Part shown: piece by piece, positions 37,758-47,248 of the stretch | How the letters are laid out: each line of letters begins with the position of its first letter | Numbering within the stretch: the stretch's first letter is position 1 | Assembly: GCA_003553225.1 (NCBI GenBank) | Contig: PWDW01000225.1 | Location: 1,140 to 65,139 of the forward strand | Direction: 5' to 3' | From: Halanaerobiaceae bacterium | Lineage (GTDB): Bacteria > Bacillota > Halanaerobiia > Halanaerobiales > Halarsenatibacteraceae | Length of the DNA: 64,000 nt | Translations under genes and position numbers: made by a program | The notes under the pieces: generated by a model | What the model was told of the DNA's origin: nothing | Database searches by the model: none | What the model saw: the letters and a program-made list of their open reading frames with translations, nothing else

Positions 37758-38267
37758 ATGCAGCAGTATATAGCCATCGGGAAAATTGTCTCCAGCCAGG
37801 GGAATAAGGGTGAAGTCAAGGTCTTTCCCCTCACTGATTTTCCGGAAAGGTTTGAACATCTGGCAGAAATTTATCTGGAGCGGGATGGTTCTCTGAATGT
37901 GCAGGAGATTGAAGGAGTCCGTTATCATAAAAATCATATTATCCTTAAAATAGCAGGGGTTGATGATATTGAACAGGCCCTGATGCTGAAGGATCATTAT
38001 ATAAAGATTCCTGAAGAACAGCTGATCCCGCTGGCTGAAAACAGTTTTTATATACACCAGATTATTGGTTATACTGTTGTTTGTGAAAGTGGAGAAAAGC
38101 TGGGTGAGCTGAAGGATGTTCTGCCCACTGGAGGGGCTGATTTGTTTTTGGTTCAGGGTCCCCAAAAGGAATATATGATTCCCGCGGCCCGGGATATTAT
38201 TGTGGAGGTTGACCGTGAAAGTGAACTGATCACAGTTAGTCCGATCCCCGGTTTGCTGGAATTGTAG
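37758..38267 (+). CDS. rimM: 16S rRNA processing protein RimM
   Basis: 169 aa. N-terminus IAIGKIVSSQGNKGEVKV and a PRC-barrel C-terminus. Conserved position before trmD. Confidence 0.9.
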   Translation: MQQYIAIGKIVSSQGNKGEVKVFPLTDFPERFEHLAEIYLERDGSLNVQEIEGVRYHKNHIILKIAGVDDIEQALMLKDHYIKIPEEQLIPLAENSFYIHQIIGYTVVCESGEKLGELKDVLPTGGADLFLVQGPQKEYMIPAARDIIVEVDRESELITVSPIPGLLEL

Positions 38268-38284
38268 TCAGGAGCTGATTTAAT

Positions 38285-39031
38285 ATGTTCATTGATATTT
38301 TAACTCTTTTTCCCGGAATGTTTTCCGGACCTTTTGAGCACAGTATTATGGGTCGGGCCCGGGAGCGGGACCTGCTGGAGATAAATCTGGTGGATATCCG
38401 TGATTATACTAAAGATAAGCACTCGGTTACCGATGATTATCCTTATGGTGGTGGAGCCGGAATGGTCATGAAAGTGGAACCCATTTTTCGAGCTGTTGAG
38501 GATGTGAAAAAGGACCGCCCTTCTGAAGTGCCCACCGTGCTGCTGTCCCCCCAGGGTCGAACTCTCAATCAGGATCTTGTGAAAGAGTACAGCACCTGTA
38601 AGGGACTTATTTTGATCTGCGGCCACTATGAAGGGGTTGATGAAAGAGTTCGGGAGAACATAATAACCGATGAGATTTCAATTGGAGATTATGTACTGAC
38701 CGGGGGAGAACTGCCAGCTATGGTGCTGGTTAATGCTGTGGCCCGGATGCTTCCTTCTGTGCTGGGTGATGAGGATTCTATAAAAGAAGATTCTTTTTTT
38801 GAGGGGCTGCTGGGTTATCCCCAGTATACCCGACCCCGGGAGTACAGAGGTCTTAAAGTTCCGGAGATACTTTTAAGTGGAGATCATGCCCGCATCAAGC
38901 GCTGGCGCAGCAAACAGGCCCTGAAAAGGACTCTGCTTCGCCGACCGGATCTGATAACAAAAAAGAAGTTATCTGGCCGTCAGGAGAAGCTGCTTGCGGA
39001 AATAAGGGAAGAGTTGGGTGACGATAAATGA
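38285..39031 (+). CDS. trmD: tRNA (guanine37-N1)-methyltransferase
   Basis: [31 protein letters not shown] and [14 protein letters not shown] motifs. Confidence 0.95.
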   Translation: MFIDILTLFPGMFSGPFEHSIMGRARERDLLEINLVDIRDYTKDKHSVTDDYPYGGGAGMVMKVEPIFRAVEDVKKDRPSEVPTVLLSPQGRTLNQDLVKEYSTCKGLILICGHYEGVDERVRENIITDEISIGDYVLTGGELPAMVLVNAVARMLPSVLGDEDSIKEDSFFEGLLGYPQYTRPREYRGLKVPEILLSGDHARIKRWRSKQALKRTLLRRPDLITKKKLSGRQEKLLAEIREELGDDK

Positions 39032-39609
39032 ATAGAGAACAGGCCGATGTAAGTCTGGCTCTGGTACACCATCCCATATACAATAAACGGGGTGAAAAGA
39101 TTACCACCACAATTACCAATCTGGATTTACATGATATATCAAGAGCCGGGAAGACCTATGATATTAATAAATATTATGTAGTAAATCATCTTAAATCACA
39201 GCAGGCTTTAGTCCGGAGGATGAAAAAATACTGGACCGGAGGTAAGGGGGCGGAATACAATGAAAACAGGCATCAGGCCTTTTCTGTACTGGAGATTTTG
39301 GATACCTTAAGTGATGTGATAAATGATATAGAAGAAAGTCGGGGACAGGCTCCCCGGCTGGTAGCCACCGATGCCAGTCCTTTTTGCGGTTCTTTATCCT
39401 ATAAAGAGATGAGAAAACAAATAATAGCTGAAGATAGCCCTCCATTCCTTTTGGTTTTTGGAACAGGCTGGGGGCTGACTGATGAGACTCTGGAACGCTG
39501 TGATTATATTCTGGAACCTGTATATGGTAGAGGCGATTTTAACCACCTATCGGTTCGCAGTGCTGTGTCCATAATTCTGGATCGGCTTCTGGGTCCGGCC
39601 TGGTGGTAG
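39028..39609 (+). CDS. putative SAM-dependent RNA methyltransferase (SPOUT-like, DUF2122-type) between trmD and rplS
   Basis: 193 aa. [14 protein letters not shown]...[11 protein letters not shown]-terminus and GTGWGL near the C-terminus. ATGA overlap with the trmD stop. Family assignment is from memory of the trmD-adjacent family. Confidence 0.55.
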   Translation: MNREQADVSLALVHHPIYNKRGEKITTTITNLDLHDISRAGKTYDINKYYVVNHLKSQQALVRRMKKYWTGGKGAEYNENRHQAFSVLEILDTLSDVINDIEESRGQAPRLVATDASPFCGSLSYKEMRKQIIAEDSPPFLLVFGTGWGLTDETLERCDYILEPVYGRGDFNHLSVRSAVSIILDRLLGPAWW

Positions 39610-39664
39610 CTGAATAAAATTTTTAAAGGAGGTGAAACCTGGTTGCAGTATGACCAGGAGACAT

Positions 39665-40030
39665 ATGGATATTATTAAAAATATAGAAAATGAACAGATG
39701 CAGGATGATATACCTGAATTTAATTCCGGAGATACAGTCCGGGTGATGATTCGGGTTGTTGAAGGAGGAAATGAAAGGCTGCAGGCTTTTGAAGGTACTG
39801 TGCTTAAACGTCAGGGCACCGGTGTCAGTGAAACCTTTACTTTGCGTAAGATATCACACGGTGTGGGAGTGGAAAGAACCTTTCCCCTGCACTCTCCCAA
39901 TCTGGAGAGTATAGAAGTTATTAGAAGGGGAGATGTAAACCGCTCCAAACTGTATTATCTCCGCGAACGTCAGGGTAAAAAATCGCGTGTTAAGGAGAAA
40001 AGAGAACAGAGAAGAGAAGAAACCGAGTAA
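39665..40030 (+). CDS. rplS: 50S ribosomal protein L19
   Basis: Collinear with L19 ([41 protein letters not shown]). ATG 39665 aligns with the B. subtilis N-terminus. The listed ORF start at 39632 lies inside the leader. Confidence 0.93.
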   Translation: MDIIKNIENEQMQDDIPEFNSGDTVRVMIRVVEGGNERLQAFEGTVLKRQGTGVSETFTLRKISHGVGVERTFPLHSPNLESIEVIRRGDVNRSKLYYLRERQGKKSRVKEKREQRREETE

Positions 40031-40047
40031 TAGATCCGGATCAGGCA

Positions 40048-40084
40048 GGGGTGAGAGATTTTTCTTTCACCCTTTTCTTTTTTG
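40048..40084 (+). terminator. intrinsic terminator after rplS
   Basis: Stem GGGTGAGAG (40048-40056) / CTTTCACCC (40064-40072), followed by a T-rich run to 40084. Confidence 0.75.
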
Positions 40085-40179
40085 TTCAAATTTATCTTTA
40101 ATTTTTATTAAGTTCGGTAATAGGTCAGTTTAGAACAGATAACAGTATTTTCCAATTTGTTTTCTGGGGGAGGTAGAAA

Positions 40180-40971
40180 GTGGAGACCTGTGAATATACA
40201 ATAAAAGAATTGAAAGAGCTGCTTTCCGGCCGTGAAGTGGGCCGGGATTTAATTTTAAAATTAAAGGAGGATCCCCGAAAAGGGGTCCAGAAGCTGGCCG
40301 AGAAATATCAAAAAAAGCGAGAACAAGAAAAAGAGCGGGCCGCAAAGTATGAGCAGATGGCCCGGGAGGAGCGCAGTCTGTGGGAGGATGATATATATCC
40401 TGTGGCCGGACTGGATGAAGCGGGCCGGGGACCGCTGGCCGGACCGGTGGTGGCGGCGGCGGTAATTCTGGAGCCCGAGCACCGGATTATCGGTCTTGAT
40501 GACTCCAAAAAGATATCACCTGCCCGGCGGGAAGCTCTCTTCAAAGAAATTAAGGAAAAAGCTTCTGTGGGCATAGGGAGGGTGGGCCCCCAAAAAATTG
40601 ATGAGATTAATATTCTGCAGGCCAGTTTTTTAGCCATGCGAAAAGCACTGGATAATCTAGAACGAGAACCCGAATACTTATTGATTGATGGTAAAATGAA
40701 TTTACCACAGGTTGATATTTCTCAGGAGGCTGTTATAAATGGTGACAGCCGGGTAAATGCTGTTGCTGCCGCTTCCATAGCGGCCAAGGTTACAAGGGAC
40801 CGGATTATGCTGGATTTTGCTGAACAGTATCCGGAATATAATTTTTCTGCTAATATGGGTTATGGGACAGCCGAGCATATTGAGGTTTTAAGGGAATATG
40901 GTGCTTCTCCAATCCACCGCAGCTCCTTTAAGATTGTTGCCGAAAACCAGCAGTCCGGGAACTCAAATTAG
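40180..40971 (+). CDS. rnhB: ribonuclease HII
   Basis: GLDEAGRGPLAGPVV and LDDSKK catalytic motifs, with an about 70-aa charged N-terminal extension. GTG start after GGGAGG. Confidence 0.9.
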   Translation: METCEYTIKELKELLSGREVGRDLILKLKEDPRKGVQKLAEKYQKKREQEKERAAKYEQMAREERSLWEDDIYPVAGLDEAGRGPLAGPVVAAAVILEPEHRIIGLDDSKKISPARREALFKEIKEKASVGIGRVGPQKIDEINILQASFLAMRKALDNLEREPEYLLIDGKMNLPQVDISQEAVINGDSRVNAVAAASIAAKVTRDRIMLDFAEQYPEYNFSANMGYGTAEHIEVLREYGASPIHRSSFKIVAENQQSGNSN

Positions 40972-41032
40972 ATAAAGGCTCAGTGCATTGCCTGAGGATT
41001 TAGTAAACCTGTTTAATCTTTTTTATATGCTT

Positions 41033-41072
41033 AAAGCAGTTCGCAAAATCCTGCTTTATCAAATACTACGGA
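41033..41072 (+). promoter_or_regulatory. candidate preQ1-I riboswitch upstream of queT
   Basis: 5-bp P1 AGCAG (41035-41039) / CTGCT (41051-41055), 11-nt loop starting UUC, A-rich tail UUAUCAAAUACUACGG ending in ACUA. The layout matches the remembered B. subtilis queC aptamer. The downstream gene is queT. Confidence 0.55.
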
Positions 41073-41109
41073 CAGTATCTGCTGTCTAATAAAAAGGAGT
41101 TTTAAAAAA

Positions 41110-41631
41110 GTGAAAAGTAAAACAGTAACCCGGGTGGCACTTATTGCTGCCGTGTATGTAGTTATAACCTTAATTGCTCATCCGATTTCTTATGGTCCTG
41201 TACAGATGAGGGTCAGTGAAGCTTTGACTCTTCTGCCTTATTTTATGGGTTATCCGGCAGCTATTGGACTCTTTTTGGGAGTTATGATTGCCAATATATT
41301 TGGGGGGCTGGGTCTGATAGATATAATATTTGGTTCTCTGATAACCCTGGCTGCAGCTGTATTCACGGCCCGGGCCCGCTCTATTTTTACAGCCGGTATT
41401 TATCCGGTAGTGTTTAATGCCCTGGGAGTTGGTCTTATACTCTACTTTGTGGTGGGACTTCGGCCGGCTGATCCACTGATGGATCCGGAAGTGTCCCGGT
41501 TTACTTATTTTGTAATCAATTATCTGGCTCATGTCTTATTTGTGGGCCTGGGACAAATCGGAGCTGTTTATGCTGTGGGTATTCCCCTGATGAAATTTCT
41601 GGACCGTAAAGTTGATTTAGAGAATTTGTGA
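41110..41631 (+). CDS. queT: queuosine precursor transporter QueT (ECF S-component-like)
   Basis: 173 aa with about 5 TM segments. N-terminus VTRVALIAAVYVVITLIAHPISYGPVQMRVSEAL is typical of QueT. AAGGAG RBS with GTG start. Confidence 0.75.
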   Translation: MKSKTVTRVALIAAVYVVITLIAHPISYGPVQMRVSEALTLLPYFMGYPAAIGLFLGVMIANIFGGLGLIDIIFGSLITLAAAVFTARARSIFTAGIYPVVFNALGVGLILYFVVGLRPADPLMDPEVSRFTYFVINYLAHVLFVGLGQIGAVYAVGIPLMKFLDRKVDLENL

Positions 41632-41838
41632 CAATTTTTTTTGCAGGAGTATAGAAAAATATGGAGAATATATTAAATAATGGTAAATAATAAAACAGTC
41701 CTTGATTTTTTAAGCTGCTGCAGAAGGAAGAGAGTTATATTTATGTTAAAATCAAAGGGCAGCATTTTGAACATGAAAAGTTGACCTTTTCATAATAAAG
41801 CTCATTTTATTCAATGAAGTAAAGGAAGGAATATAAAA

Positions 41839-42222
41839 ATGAACCGGCATCAGCTTGGACGCTGGGGAGAAAAAAAGGCAGCAGAATATCTGGAGGAACG
41901 GGGTTATAACCTTTTAACCCAAAATTACAGCTTACAGCTGGGAGAGATCGATTTGATAGCCTGTAAAAAAGAAGTTATTATTTTTATTGAAGTTAAGACC
42001 AGAAGCAGTGATTATTTCGGCCCACCCCAGTCAGCTGTCAATTTTCAGAAACAAAATCAATTAAGAAAACTGGCCTTCTGTTATTTAAAAGAAAACCGGC
42101 AGTATGATAATTTCAAAAAAAGATTTGATGTGCTGGCGGTAAGGGTCAGGAAAAATAACTGCCGTGGTGAATCTCAGAACGGTAGTTATTATAATATAGA
42201 GCACCTAAAAAATGCATTTTAA
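41839..42222 (+). CDS. yraN: YraN-family endonuclease (UPF0102)
   Basis: GRWGEKKAAEYLEERGY...GEIDLIA...IIFIEVKTR motif set. Confidence 0.85.
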   Translation: MNRHQLGRWGEKKAAEYLEERGYNLLTQNYSLQLGEIDLIACKKEVIIFIEVKTRSSDYFGPPQSAVNFQKQNQLRKLAFCYLKENRQYDNFKKRFDVLAVRVRKNNCRGESQNGSYYNIEHLKNAF

Positions 42223-42266
42223 TATTATAATGTATGACAAAAACATACTTCAGGGGGAAATAGACC

Positions 42267-43799
42267 ATGCTTTCCGAGACCACCAGTGCTGCTCTAATAG
42301 GAGTTAAGGCTCTGCCGGTTAGTATTGAGGTTGATATATCAAGAGGTCTTCCCTCTTTTGACATTGTAGGTCTGCCCGATAAAGCGGTAAGGGAGAGCCG
42401 GGAAAGAGTTAGATCGGCCATTAAAAATTCCGGATTTGATTTTCCGGTAAAAAAGATAACCATTAATATGGCTCCGGCCGATATTAAAAAGATAGGGCCT
42501 CATTTTGATCTGGCAATTGCCTGTGGAATTCTGGCCGCTTCGGGAAAAATTGTGGAGGATCATCTTGATGATTATCTGCTGGCAGGTGAACTATCACTTA
42601 GTGGAAGGATCAAAGTGATTAAAGGGGCCCTTCCCCTTGCTGAAGAAGCTAATGCTGTGGACAAAAAAGGAATTGTCCTGCCTCAAAAAAATTATAGAGA
42701 AGGGGCTTTAGTGGAGGGACCGGAAATAATTCCTGTCCGGAATCTCTGTGATGTTGTCGATTTTTTTAATCAGCAGGAGATTAACTGCTCTCCTGAAGCA
42801 GAAAATGAAGTGATTACTGCCCAGGAGTATGAGGTAGATTTTTCTGAAATAAAAGGCCAGCAGGAAGCCCGGAGAGCACTTGAAGTGGCAGCTGCCGGAT
42901 CTCATAATATAATGATGATTGGTCCTCCGGGGTCCGGAAAAACAATGATGGCCCGCCGGCTCAGGACTATTTTACCTCCTTTAAAAGAAAAGGAAGCTCT
43001 TGAATTAACAAAGATATATAGTATAATGGGTCTGAAAGAAGTACAGGAGGGATTGATTCGGGATCGTCCTTTTAGGGCCCCTCATCACAATGTAACCCGG
43101 GCCGGACTTATCGGAGGTGGCAGAAACCCGGAACCTGGTGAGGTGAGTTTTGCACACAGGGGAACTCTATTTCTGGATGAGATGCCAGAATTTAAGAGAG
43201 ATGTACTGGAGATGTTAAGACAGCCTCTGGAGGAGGGAACAGTTACTCTGGTTAGATCGGAGATGACGGTAACTTTTCCCGCTGATTTTACACTTGTGGC
43301 AGCCATGAATCCCTGTCCCTGTGGTTATTATGGAGATAAAAGAAAAGAATGCAGCTGTACGGTTCCCCGGATCAAACGTTACCGCAGCCGTATTTCCGGC
43401 CCCCTCCTGGACCGAATTGATATTCATATCCATGTCCCGGGTCTCAGTGTTGCTGAAATTACGGATCATTCTTCCGGGGAGGCATCCTCCACAATAAGAA
43501 AGCGGGTTCTTGCTGCCCGGGAGCGGCAGAACCAGAGGTATAAAAATGAAAAATTTAATTATAATTCCGAGCTCAGCGGCCAAAAAATTAAGAAGTTCTG
43601 TCAGCCGGAGACCCAGGGGCAGCATTTACTGGAAAATGCTGTTGAAGAGCTGGGTTTAAGTGCCCGGGCTTATGACCGCATTCTCAGGCTGGCCCGTACT
43701 ATTTCTGATTTGGAAGGAGATGGAGCCAAGAAAATAAAAACCAGTTATCTGGCCGAAGCTGTACAGTATCGGAGCCTGGACCGGGGGGTACAGCTGTAG
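42267..43799 (+). CDS. comM: Mg-chelatase-like AAA+ ATPase YifB/ComM
   Basis: N-terminal Lon-protease-like domain, Walker A GPPGSGKTM, LFLDEMPEF Walker B, C-terminal ChlI-like region. Confidence 0.88.
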   Translation: MLSETTSAALIGVKALPVSIEVDISRGLPSFDIVGLPDKAVRESRERVRSAIKNSGFDFPVKKITINMAPADIKKIGPHFDLAIACGILAASGKIVEDHLDDYLLAGELSLSGRIKVIKGALPLAEEANAVDKKGIVLPQKNYREGALVEGPEIIPVRNLCDVVDFFNQQEINCSPEAENEVITAQEYEVDFSEIKGQQEARRALEVAAAGSHNIMMIGPPGSGKTMMARRLRTILPPLKEKEALELTKIYSIMGLKEVQEGLIRDRPFRAPHHNVTRAGLIGGGRNPEPGEVSFAHRGTLFLDEMPEFKRDVLEMLRQPLEEGTVTLVRSEMTVTFPADFTLVAAMNPCPCGYYGDKRKECSCTVPRIKRYRSRISGPLLDRIDIHIHVPGLSVAEITDHSSGEASSTIRKRVLAARERQNQRYKNEKFNYNSELSGQKIKKFCQPETQGQHLLENAVEELGLSARAYDRILRLARTISDLEGDGAKKIKTSYLAEAVQYRSLDRGVQL

Positions 43800-43880
43800 T
43801 TTTCTTGTTAGGATAATCTTTTATGCACTGACTATAGTTTACAATAAATAGCTGGCAATAGCTGGAAGGGGTTTTTAACA

Positions 43881-44408
43881 GTGGCTTTTATGTTTTTCTT
43901 CACTGTGTTTATTGTTTTGCTGCTGATTATTGGCTTTTTCCCCCGTCTTAAGAGCCACTTTACCCGGGGTACTTTAAAAGAAAGTATGCGTATGACCTTC
44001 CTGTGGTTAATTTCTACAGTTTTTGCTTTTATATCTTTTTTTCAGCTTCGCCGGGCCTATCAGGTGCTGGAACATTATGAGGATTTCTGGCAGGCTATGA
44101 TGTTTTTGGAAAATTTTTTGACCGGTATTCTGCTGGTTTTAGGTTTTATATTTAGTTTTATGATTTATAAGCATTATCGAGAAAACATCTGGAGGAAATT
44201 TGGAATAATTACCTCCTATCTTATGTTTTTGTTTTCTGTTTTTAATTTACTGCGGTTATCTATGATATATTTTATACATGAAGTATTATTATTATCTGAG
44301 ATAATGCTGTATGGGGTGGTGCTGGGTACTGCTGTTTTATTATATTTATTTACCCGCCGCTATACAGATTATTCTCTGGATAACTTTTTTAAAGATGTCT
44401 ATGAATAA
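43881..44408 (+). CDS. hypothetical integral membrane protein
   Basis: 175 aa with about 5 predicted hydrophobic helices and no recognisable motif. GTG start after GAAGGGG. Confidence 0.5.
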   Translation: MAFMFFFTVFIVLLLIIGFFPRLKSHFTRGTLKESMRMTFLWLISTVFAFISFFQLRRAYQVLEHYEDFWQAMMFLENFLTGILLVLGFIFSFMIYKHYRENIWRKFGIITSYLMFLFSVFNLLRLSMIYFIHEVLLLSEIMLYGVVLGTAVLLYLFTRRYTDYSLDNFFKDVYE

Positions 44409-44457
44409 ATATATATAATGCTAGAAATGAATATATTTAGAAAGGGTTTGATTAATT

Positions 44458-45270
44458 GTGCAGTGGAGACTGCTGGATGATGGTCCTCTTCATCCGTACT
44501 ATAATATGGCTCTGGAAGAGGCGGTTCTTAAACAGCACAAAGAAGGTGTGGTCCCACCTACAGTTCGCTTTTATGAGTGGACACCCCCGGGTCTTTCTCT
44601 GGGATATTTTCAAAAAATTGTAGAAGAGATTGATCATTTCCGGTGCCGGGAGCAAAATATTATACCGGTTCGCCGGCTGACGGGGGGGCGGACTATTCTT
44701 CATGACCGGGAGATTACTTACAGCATAATTGTTAGAAAAGATCTGAATTTTTTACCGGAAGGTATTGTCCCCAGCTATAGAAAAATAAGCCGGGGTATTG
44801 TACGAGCTCTTCGTGATTTAGGTATAAAAGTGGCCGTAAAAAAAATGAGCGGAGATTCAGATAGTGGATTTTCTTCCGCCTGTTTTGATGCCCCCTCCCG
44901 TTATGAAGTAGTGGCCGGAGGCAGGAAACTGGTGGGCAGTGCCCAGACCCGTAAGGAGGGTGTTATTCTGCAGCACGGCTCGATACCTATAAAAATAGAT
45001 TCTGATCTGCTTTATTCACTGTTAAAATATGAAGAACCCCGCCGGCGTCGGATAGAAAAATATCGTTTTCAGAAAAAAGCGACTGACCTCAGCACAGAAT
45101 CCGATCGGGAGATTAAAACTGATAAAATTAAACAAAACCTGGTGGCCGAATGGGAGAATGAATTTGAAGTAAAAATTAGCTCAGGTAAACTTACCCCGGA
45201 AGAAAAAACGCTGGCTCACAGGCTAAAACAGGAGAAATATTCCAGTAAGGAATGGAATCATAAGTACTAA
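44458..45270 (+). CDS. lipM: octanoyltransferase / lipoate-protein ligase family protein (LipM-like)
   Basis: BPL/LPL catalytic domain. VRFYEWTPPGLSLGYFQ, conserved Cys in SSACFDAPS, Lys in GRKLVGSAQ. 270 aa and adjacent to lipA. Confidence 0.75.
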   Translation: MQWRLLDDGPLHPYYNMALEEAVLKQHKEGVVPPTVRFYEWTPPGLSLGYFQKIVEEIDHFRCREQNIIPVRRLTGGRTILHDREITYSIIVRKDLNFLPEGIVPSYRKISRGIVRALRDLGIKVAVKKMSGDSDSGFSSACFDAPSRYEVVAGGRKLVGSAQTRKEGVILQHGSIPIKIDSDLLYSLLKYEEPRRRRIEKYRFQKKATDLSTESDREIKTDKIKQNLVAEWENEFEVKISSGKLTPEEKTLAHRLKQEKYSSKEWNHKY

Positions 45271-45449
45271 ATCAAATACCGTATATTATTTATTAAGAAA
45301 TGATGTTTTGTTCCCCAACCAGGGGCAAGATTTTTCAATTTAAAACTGTTTTCAGGACAGTACTTTGATGACAGTAATGGTTTTTAAAAATTAGCTAAAA
45401 ATTATTTTTACAGTGCAGTCATAATAAATATTTGAGTGAGGTAATATTT

Positions 45450-46304
45450 ATGAATAGACTACCCCGATGGCTGCAGAACAGGCAGCCGGAAAGCAAAATA
45501 ATTCATGAGACCCAGAAGCTTTTGGGTGAGCTCAAACTGGATACTGTCTGCCGGCAGGCCCATTGTCCCAACCGCAAAGAGTGTTATGGGCAGAGCCGGG
45601 CCACTTTCTTAATTCTGGGCCCCACCTGCAGCCGCAGCTGTGCTTTTTGTGCTGTACAGGAGGGTGAGCTTCAGGAACCTGATCCCCAAACCCCGCAAAA
45701 AATTGCCCGGGCTGCAGAAAAAATGGAACTAGAACATGTGGTTATTACTTCGGTTACCCGGGATGATCTGCCTCTGGGGGGCGCAGGGCAGTTTGCCAGA
45801 TGTGTAAATCAGCTGAAAGATTTAGATATCAACCTTTCTGTAGAAGTATTAACTCCTGATTTTCAATTAAATTACAGGGCTCTAAATAAAGTTTTGACCT
45901 CAGAACCAGATATCTACAACCACAATGTGGAGACCATACCCCGTCTTTACAGTGATGTCCGTCCTGAGGCAGATTATGAACGATCACTTGCTGTTCTTAA
46001 CTATGTAAAAAAACATAATAAGAATATTATTACTAAATCCGGTTTAATGGTGGGTCTGGGGGAGAAAGAAAGTGAAATCAAGGAAGTAATGAGAGATCTG
46101 CTTAAAGCCGGCTGTGAGGTGCTGACTGTAGGGCAGTATCTTAGACCATCCCGGAGCCACTATCCGGTAGCTGATTATATTAAACCAGAAAAATTTAAAG
46201 AGTATGAAAAAGTAGGCAAAAAAATGGGCTTTAAATATATCAAAGCCGGTCCCCTGGTCAGGAGTTCCTATCAGGCGGGGAATATCAAGAAAGAAATAAC
46301 CTGA
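45450..46304 (+). CDS. lipA: lipoyl synthase
   Basis: Auxiliary cluster CRQAHCPNRKEC and radical-SAM CSRSCAFC. ATG 45450 is 7 nt after GTGAGGT. Confidence 0.92.
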   Translation: MNRLPRWLQNRQPESKIIHETQKLLGELKLDTVCRQAHCPNRKECYGQSRATFLILGPTCSRSCAFCAVQEGELQEPDPQTPQKIARAAEKMELEHVVITSVTRDDLPLGGAGQFARCVNQLKDLDINLSVEVLTPDFQLNYRALNKVLTSEPDIYNHNVETIPRLYSDVRPEADYERSLAVLNYVKKHNKNIITKSGLMVGLGEKESEIKEVMRDLLKAGCEVLTVGQYLRPSRSHYPVADYIKPEKFKEYEKVGKKMGFKYIKAGPLVRSSYQAGNIKKEIT

Positions 46305-46322
46305 AGAAAGGGAGAAATTAAT

Positions 46323-47195
46323 ATGAGTATTTTTGAACAAAAATTAACCTCACAAAAAATGATAATTGGAGACGGAGCAATGGGCACTTCTCTGCAAAAA
46401 GAAGGTTTAGCTCCCGGAGAAGCCCCTGAAAAATGGAATATAACCCATCCGGAAAAAATAATAGAAGTACATGCAAGTTTTTTGAATGCTGGTTCTGAAT
46501 TAATTGAAACCAATACTTTTGGAGCCAGCTATGTTCGCTTACAGCAGGAAGGACTGGAAAGTGATTTTACTGCTCTAAATCAGCGTGCGGTCCAGCTGGC
46601 CCAAAAAGCAGCTGAGGCCGCCGGAGGAGATATAATAGTGGCCGGTTCTGTGGGTCCAACCGGAAAAATGCTGCAGCCTCTGGGGGATCTTAAACCCCGG
46701 GAAGCATTTTCGTCCTATCGGAGACAAATTTCCATTCTGGCTGAAGAAGGAGTAGATGTAATTATCATCGAGACAATCACCGCCCTGGAAGAAATGGAAC
46801 AGGCTCTGGCGGCTGCCTCTGAGGTGGATATTCCGGTGATTGCCCAGATGAATTTTCAGGAAAATAAAAAAACGGTCATGGGTATCGGAGTGCCAGAATT
46901 TGTCGATCTGGCCGAGGAATACGGAGTGGAGGTTATTGGCACCAACTGTACTCCTGGTGCTGAAATAACTGTATCTATAATAAAAGAGATGAAAAAAAAC
47001 ACGGATAGGCCCCTCTCTGCATTTCCCAATGCCGGTAAACCGGAGCTGAGAGAAGGAACAGTTTATTATCCCGAGCAGCCTGAAGATTTTGCCAATTATG
47101 TACCTGAATTTGAAAAATCGGGAGTCCGGATACTGGGGGGCTGCTGTGGAACTACTCCGGAAACAATTAAGGCTGTGAAGAAAAAAAGTCAATGA
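46323..47195 (+). CDS. homocysteine S-methyltransferase domain protein (stand-alone Hcy-binding module)
   Basis: 290 aa. DGAMGT N-terminal motif and C-terminal zinc-ligand GGCCGTTPE, typical of the S-methyl_trans domain. Confidence 0.8.
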   Translation: MSIFEQKLTSQKMIIGDGAMGTSLQKEGLAPGEAPEKWNITHPEKIIEVHASFLNAGSELIETNTFGASYVRLQQEGLESDFTALNQRAVQLAQKAAEAAGGDIIVAGSVGPTGKMLQPLGDLKPREAFSSYRRQISILAEEGVDVIIIETITALEEMEQALAAASEVDIPVIAQMNFQENKKTVMGIGVPEFVDLAEEYGVEVIGTNCTPGAEITVSIIKEMKKNTDRPLSAFPNAGKPELREGTVYYPEQPEDFANYVPEFEKSGVRILGGCCGTTPETIKAVKKKSQ

Positions 47196-47248
47196 ATAAT
47201 TTTGAAAAATCATTTTTAATCACAAACCCTTATTGAGGAGGCATAAAT

